Positions 14,746 to 19,743 of a stretch of DNA of 19,743 nt are shown here, one piece after another. The stretch spans positions 1 to 19,743 of the forward strand of contig JBBRLI010000036.1 in assembly GCA_038231455.1 (NCBI GenBank), read 5' to 3'. The stretch is from Vulcanimicrobiales bacterium. GTDB lineage: Bacteria > Vulcanimicrobiota > Vulcanimicrobiia > Vulcanimicrobiales > Vulcanimicrobiaceae. Positions within the stretch are counted from its first letter, which is position 1. The number at the start of each line of letters is the position of its first letter. The notes under the pieces were generated by a model that was not told the DNA's origin, searched no databases, and worked only from the letters and a program-made list of their open reading frames with translations. Made by a program: the position numbers and the translations under genes.

Positions 14746-17700
14746 TTAGCGTGCGTCGGAGGTGGTTGCTGTCGCTTCGAGTGACGCGCGCAGCGCCGCT
14801 TTGACATCCGCGAGCTTCGCATCGAGCCCCGGATTCGAACTCTCGGCGAGCACGCGATGAAATTCTTCGAGCGGGAGAGCGCTCACGTTTGCAAACGCCG
14901 CGATCAGTGCGCTGCGATACGAGCCGAGCACTTCGCTCGTCGCGCCGTCGACCGTGATTGTGGTGCCGAGGAATTCCGCGAGCACGAGCCACGGCAGAGC
15001 GGAGCCGAGCGCTTCGCTTTCGAGCGACGTGAGACGTGAAACAATGCGGTCGCGATCGATCGGCCCGCTGATGCGCACGGTCGCGGCTTGCGGCGGAATC
15101 GCGCCTTCGGTCATCGAGCGCGCGCTGCGCATCGCACCGATGAGTTCCATCAGCGCATTGCGCGAAGCACGGTCTTCGAGGTCTTTTGCCGTAAGCGAAT
15201 AGCGCGGTAACCGCAGCTTGATGAACAGGCGATCGAGCACGCTGCGCAGCGCATCGCGCTCGGCGCCGAACTTGGGCGTGACTTCACCGTCGAGACCGAA
15301 CACGCCCTCCGGGAAGAAACTGCGCACGACGAAGAGGTGCGAGACGAGTCCACCGTAGTCGGCTTGATCGATGAAAGCCAAGGCGCGCTCGACGGCGTCG
15401 CGCGAGAGATCCAAGTGCGAGACGAAGACGGGCGCGGGGATCGGCGGAAGCGGTGCGGGCGGCGCTAGTGATTCGACGGGTGCATCGGGTTCGACGACGA
15501 TCGCTTGCGGCATCGCAGCCGGGGAGACCGAAGAATCGACCGGTGTTTCCGGTGCGTGGGCAGGCGCAAACCGTGCATCTTCCGCATCGACCGGTGCGTT
15601 CGGCGGCGGCGACGCGGCATCGGGGCGCGCCGCGACCGGGAGCGGTCGCGGAAGCGCGATCGGCGCGGCCGGGAGCGTTCCGGGCTGGTGCTCGGCTTCG
15701 CGAACAAAGTCGCTTGCGCGCGGGGCGACGCCCGCAACGGAGAACGGCAGACCGCTCGCACGGACGGCGAACTGCGGCGTCGAGCGAACGCGCACGGCGG
15801 GCGAACTGACTTGCGTCGCGCCGGTACCGTCCCATGCCAGGTCGGCGTGCGCAGCGATCAGCGTTCCCGCGACAAGCGGCGTATTGACGATCGCGCACCA
15901 GCGCACGAGAACTTCGACGCCGGGACCGACATCTTCAAGCGCGAGGCCCGCTTTCGACCACAGCACCGAACCACCGGACGCATCGAGGAGCGGCACGTCA
16001 TTGACGGCCGTGGAGCCGGGAACGTAGGCGGTATGTTCGGGGAGCGCGACGCGAATCGTCGCGCGTGCGGCCGGACCGTCACCCGTATTGCGCACGGCAA
16101 GCACGAAATACATCGGTTCGCCCGCATCGACCGTTTCAATCGGCTGTGTACGCAGCGATGCGTTATGCGCGAAGTCGGCTTCGGCAAGCGTCGGGATCGT
16201 GAGCGGATCGAGCGCGAACGGCAAGAGACCGACGCCGCTTACGCGACCGCCGACGGCGATCGCCGATCCGCGCGGAACAAAGCGTGCGAGTCGAACGCGC
16301 AGCGTTGCATCGGCGCGCGCTCCGGCGGGCACATCGCCAAAGAGAATCGTATCGCCCGAACGCGTTGCACCATCGACACTTTCGATCCGCACGTCGGCGG
16401 GCAGATCGAGTGCGAGTCGCACGTCGCGTGCGAGGTCCGTGCCTTCGTTCTCGATGACAACGGCGATATCGGTCGAGCGGTTCGGACGCAGCGCCTCGCT
16501 TGAGACGAGCGCGAGACGCGAACTTTGCGGCGAGAAACGCGGACGCGAACGCGTCACGAGCGTTACCGCACCGAGATTGAGCGTGCCGGTTTCGCGCGTG
16601 CGCAGTTCCGCACTCACGCGCAGTTCGGCGCGATCCGCAATCGGCGATGCGACGGTTGCGAGCAGCACGATTTCGCGCGGCACGTTCGGCGCAAGATCGC
16701 CGAGGTCGAGCGTGTTGTTCTGCACGCGCGACTCTTCACCATCGACGCCGATGAAACGCAAAACGCCCAGACCCGCATCGGCAGTCAGGACGACTTGCGA
16801 GCCCATCGCTAGGGTCGTTCCGTCGTTGACGAGCGCGAGCAGAAAGCGCGCAATCGAACCCGGTGCAACGGACGCCGAACCATCGAGCGTCAGGGTATTA
16901 CGTGCGGGAGCAAAGCGCGGTTCTGCACGCACCGTGAACGTGCGCTCGAAGCGACGCGTGCCGCCGCCGTACCCAAGCGAAGAAACGACGCGAAGGTGCG
17001 CACCGTCCACGGCCGGCGAGACGACGTAGGCATCGAGCGCGACTTCAACGCGTTCGCCTGCGGGGACACGTTCGAAAGAAAAGAGTCCGGCCGTTTCCGC
17101 TTCACCGACGGACCGTCCGTCGATCGCGCGCGAGCCCGGCGCATACTGCAGCCCATCGGGCAAGTCGATGCGCAGCTTCACATCATCAGCAGCACACGTT
17201 CCGGCGTTGTATCCCGCAAGCGCAAGGCGGATTCGGCGACCCGGTTCGACGTCGCCTTCGGCATCGGCGAAGAGCGAGGTGCGTTCGTCATCGAACCGCG
17301 GCGCGGAATGCACCGGAAGTTCGGCGCGGTCGAGTTCGAATTCCGGAATCTCTTCGGCGGCGACGGCGCCGTAGACGAAGACCTTCGTTTCGTTGTCGAG
17401 CGGCGAATCGATCGTCGCACGATATTCGATGGTCAGCGTTGCGCCGGGTGCAAGCGCCTGAGCCGCGATCGGCGCGTGCGCAAAACCGAACGGGTCGCCG
17501 CGGTCGTCGGTGACAATCGGGCGGCCATCGATGCGTGCGCTGCCCGCGACGTAGCGCGTGCGGTCGGGGATCGGCAAGACGACGGTGACGTTATGGGCGC
17601 TGGATTGGCCCGCATTATAGATGCGCGCCGCAACGCGCAGATCTTCACCCGGTTCGGCAACGCGGACGGCTTCGATGGAAGCGACGGTTGCCGGATTTCC

Positions 17701-18150
17701 AAGGTCGGGCCGACTGCGAGCCGTGAGCGTGACGACATTGGACCCGATGACATCGGTCTCGTAGGAGGCAAGAGCCGCCTGCAGTTGGATCGTGCGACCG
17801 TTCTCGATCGTGGGCGCAACGACAAATGAAAGCGAAATGCGGCGTTCGACGCCCGGCGGGACTTCGCCGATATCGGCACCGTTCGCCGAGAGCAACGTTG
17901 CTTCGTCGCGCGGCTCATCGAGCGGCTGGTCGTCGATCTTCGTGCTGCCGGCAAGATAGCGCAGACCTTCGGGGTGCGTAAAACGCACGCGTAAGCCGGT
18001 CGCCGCGGCCCCGCCCATGTTATAGAACGCAAACGATGCGCGCACCGTAACTCCAGGTTCGACAATGCGATCCGGAGAAACGACGAGCGTTCGAAGGCCC
18101 TCAGGTAATGTTGGTTCGCCCGGCGCGAAAACTTCCGTCAGGGTCCGCAT
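14746..18150 (-). CDS. Large protein with six DUF11-like Ig repeats, a Pro-rich linker and a helical C-terminal domain
   Basis: Six copies of a PG-x..N.G...A..V....P motif, four of them with Y(V/L/A)(A/P)GS. Start is either ATG 18150 or GTG 18171. No signal peptide is evident from either start. Confidence 0.85.
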   Translation of the reverse strand: MRTLTEVFAPGEPTLPEGLRTLVVSPDRIVEPGVTVRASFAFYNMGGAAATGLRVRFTHPEGLRYLAGSTKIDDQPLDEPRDEATLLSANGADIGEVPPGVERRISLSFVVAPTIENGRTIQLQAALASYETDVIGSNVVTLTARSRPDLGNPATVASIEAVRVAEPGEDLRVAARIYNAGQSSAHNVTVVLPIPDRTRYVAGSARIDGRPIVTDDRGDPFGFAHAPIAAQALAPGATLTIEYRATIDSPLDNETKVFVYGAVAAEEIPEFELDRAELPVHSAPRFDDERTSLFADAEGDVEPGRRIRLALAGYNAGTCAADDVKLRIDLPDGLQYAPGSRAIDGRSVGEAETAGLFSFERVPAGERVEVALDAYVVSPAVDGAHLRVVSSLGYGGGTRRFERTFTVRAEPRFAPARNTLTLDGSASVAPGSIARFLLALVNDGTTLAMGSQVVLTADAGLGVLRFIGVDGEESRVQNNTLDLGDLAPNVPREIVLLATVASPIADRAELRVSAELRTRETGTLNLGAVTLVTRSRPRFSPQSSRLALVSSEALRPNRSTDIAVVIENEGTDLARDVRLALDLPADVRIESVDGATRSGDTILFGDVPAGARADATLRVRLARFVPRGSAIAVGGRVSGVGLLPFALDPLTIPTLAEADFAHNASLRTQPIETVDAGEPMYFVLAVRNTGDGPAARATIRVALPEHTAYVPGSTAVNDVPLLDASGGSVLWSKAGLALEDVGPGVEVLVRWCAIVNTPLVAGTLIAAHADLAWDGTGATQVSSPAVRVRSTPQFAVRASGLPFSVAGVAPRASDFVREAEHQPGTLPAAPIALPRPLPVAARPDAASPPPNAPVDAEDARFAPAHAPETPVDSSVSPAAMPQAIVVEPDAPVESLAPPAPLPPIPAPVFVSHLDLSRDAVERALAFIDQADYGGLVSHLFVVRSFFPEGVFGLDGEVTPKFGAERDALRSVLDRLFIKLRLPRYSLTAKDLEDRASRNALMELIGAMRSARSMTEGAIPPQAATVRISGPIDRDRIVSRLTSLESEALGSALPWLVLAEFLGTTITVDGATSEVLGSYRSALIAAFANVSALPLEEFHRVLAESSNPGLDAKLADVKAALRASLEATATTSDAR

Positions 18151-18212
18151 AACAGCAACGCGTCGTTCCACGGAACCAAGCGCCCGACCTTGACTGAAAA
18201 GGGGCCCATTTT

Positions 18213-19409
18213 ATGATCGCAACGCACCACGCCGACTTGCTCGCGGAGTCCGTCTCCCGCCTGGGCAGCGAAAAGGCATTCGAAGTTCTGGCGCGCGCGC
18301 GCCAGCTCGAGGCCGAGGGTCGCACGATCGTCCATATGGAGGTCGGCGAGCCCGATTTCGACACACCCGCGCACATCAAGCGCGCCGGGATCGAAGCGAT
18401 CGAACACAACTTCTCGCACTACACACCCTCCGCCGGCATCGTCGAGCTGCGGGACGTGATCGCGGAGTACGCGGGCACGTTCCGTGGGATCGCTCCGTTC
18501 CACCGCGATGAGGTTGTGGTCTCCCCCGGCGCCAAACCCGTGATCTGGAACATACTCTCCGCGCTGCTCGATCCGGGCGATGAAATGGTCTACGCCGACC
18601 CCGCCTATCCGGCGTACGCCTCGTGCGCGAGCTACCTCCGGGCGAAGGCCGTGCCGGTGCCGCTCCTGGAGTCGCGCAACTGGCAGCTCGACCTCGACGT
18701 GCTCGCAAAGACCGTCAGCGATAAGACCAAAGTGCTCGTCATCAACTCGCCGCACAACCCAACGGGCGGCGTGCTTTCTATTGAAGACCTGCGCGTCATC
18801 GCGGACCTCGCGATCAAGCACGACATCCTGGTGATCTCGGATGAGATTTACAGCCGCAACATCTATGATGCGGAATTCGTCTCGATCACGACGTTACCCG
18901 GAATGCGCGAACGAACGATCATCGTCGATGGCTTCTCAAAAGCCTATGCGATGACGGGCTGGCGCCTCGGCTATGCGATCATGCCGGCGCGCCTTGCGAA
19001 GACCGTCACGCTGTTTGCCAACAACACGTACTCGTGCGTTGCAACATTCGTGCAGCGCGCGGGCATCGCGGCAATCACGGGCGACGACGCGCCGATCCAA
19101 GAAATGAACGCGATCTTCCACCAGCGTCGCGACCGCATCGTCAAAGGCCTCAACGCAATCGAGCACGTGTCGTGCACGACGCCGGCCGGCGCATTCTACG
19201 CCTTCCCGAACTTCTCGAAGATCACCAGCGACGATATGCACCTCGCGCACTTCCTACTCGAAGAAGGCGGCGTCGCAGCGCTCGGCGGCTCGTGCTTCGG
19301 CAAAGCCGGCACCGGCTATCTGCGCTTCAGCTACGCAGCGTCATTCGAAAACATCGACCTCGCACTCGAACGCGTCGCGACGGCGTTAAAGAAATACCGG
19401 TCGGCGTAG
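18213..19409 (+). CDS. PLP-dependent class I/II aminotransferase (aspartate aminotransferase-like)
   Basis: GEPDFDTP, YTPSAGIVELR, GAK, INSPHNPTG, ISDEIY, GFSKAYAMTGWRLGY (PLP Lys), GAFYAFP and GYLRFSYA. SD-like AAGGGG at 18199-18204. Confidence 0.95.
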   Translation: MIATHHADLLAESVSRLGSEKAFEVLARARQLEAEGRTIVHMEVGEPDFDTPAHIKRAGIEAIEHNFSHYTPSAGIVELRDVIAEYAGTFRGIAPFHRDEVVVSPGAKPVIWNILSALLDPGDEMVYADPAYPAYASCASYLRAKAVPVPLLESRNWQLDLDVLAKTVSDKTKVLVINSPHNPTGGVLSIEDLRVIADLAIKHDILVISDEIYSRNIYDAEFVSITTLPGMRERTIIVDGFSKAYAMTGWRLGYAIMPARLAKTVTLFANNTYSCVATFVQRAGIAAITGDDAPIQEMNAIFHQRRDRIVKGLNAIEHVSCTTPAGAFYAFPNFSKITSDDMHLAHFLLEEGGVAALGGSCFGKAGTGYLRFSYAASFENIDLALERVATALKKYRSA

Positions 19410-19418
19410 CACCCTAAA

Positions 19419-19742
19419 TTACGACAGCAGTGTGGGTTCAGCCCATATTTCTGATGTGGCCTCCGTGTCGAAGGCGTATCCCGGTTCAAGAGCGAGGTAT
19501 TTCGCCAAGTCGGGACGCCTATGCAGCACGTGAAATGTATGGGTCGGCTGCATCGACTTGAATCCATCGATACTACCGTCATATTCGGGCGTCATCAAAA
19601 ACCAACCGGACATGTTGCCCGACGGAGCATAACGACAACCTTCAACGCGATCGGTCCGGCTTAACAGGCCCGGAGAGACCGCAATTTTTGCTCCAAAACG
19701 ACATTCGATCGATTCAGATCCGACGCGTTCGCAAGTATAGGA
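19419..19742 (-). CDS. Partial CDS (5' end outside the window), Imm33/DUF2185-like domain protein
   Basis: The frame stays open from 19613 to the window edge. Manual translation gives ...VEGCRYAPSGNMSGWFLMT...HTFHVLHRRPDLAKYLALEPGYAF, resembling the G.R....SGW...H...P...YL.L.PG..F pattern of Imm33-like proteins. Confidence 0.65.
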   Translation of the reverse strand, partial: SYTCERVGSESIECRFGAKIAVSPGLLSRTDRVEGCRYAPSGNMSGWFLMTPEYDGSIDGFKSMQPTHTFHVLHRRPDLAKYLALEPGYAFDTEATSEIWAEPTLLS

Positions 19743-19743
19743 C

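Noticed and set aside
15284-17829. Several 200-330 aa ORFs antisense or out of frame to the large repeat gene
   Set aside because: Shadow ORFs with no recognisable domains. The 1.1-kaa frame has coherent internal repeats.
14746-18171. DNA-level tandem repeats or a diversity-generating template in the repeat gene
   Set aside because: The repeats are visible only at protein level and are highly diverged. I saw no near-identical DNA copies and no reverse transcriptase.
8859-18171. Treating all five minus-strand genes as one system
   Set aside because: Gaps of 64 nt and 91 nt, the latter with a candidate operator, suggest separate units. Co-orientation alone is insufficient without synteny data.
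1-19743. CRISPR array, tRNA/rRNA, IS, integrase or prophage
   Set aside because: I saw no regularly spaced repeats, cloverleaf or recombinase/transposase motifs, and the intergenic gaps are all under 100 nt.

Overview
GC-rich bacterial chromosomal window with no mobile element, CRISPR array, rRNA or tRNA that I can see. The left half (+ strand, about 31-8853) is a tightly packed housekeeping run: rpmA (L27), obgE, nadD, lysA, a small lipoprotein, then maf-mreB-mreC-mreD-mrdA (PBP2). The right half is a co-oriented minus-strand block of five genes. In transcription order these are a 1.1-kaa protein with six DUF11-like Ig repeats, a membrane-anchored HEAT-like protein, a ToxR/CadC-like wHTH-TM-TPR regulator, a large TonB-dependent-receptor-like outer-membrane protein and a small secreted protein. 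A divergent class I/II aminotransferase and a truncated Imm33-like ORF end the window. Firmicutes-like traits (L27 with a Prp-type N-terminal extension, Obg with a C-terminal OCT domain) occur together with an outer-membrane receptor, which suggests a diderm Terrabacteria lineage, possibly Eremiobacterota/Vulcanimicrobiota (inference only). Best leads: (1) a transmembrane regulator plus receptor module with an 11-bp tandem direct repeat in the promoter; (2) a divergent MreB with Gln at the catalytic Glu position and a C-terminal amphipathic-looking tail; (3) the signal-peptide-less DUF11-repeat protein coupled to a membrane anchor. All family calls come from motif recognition by eye, not from database searches.
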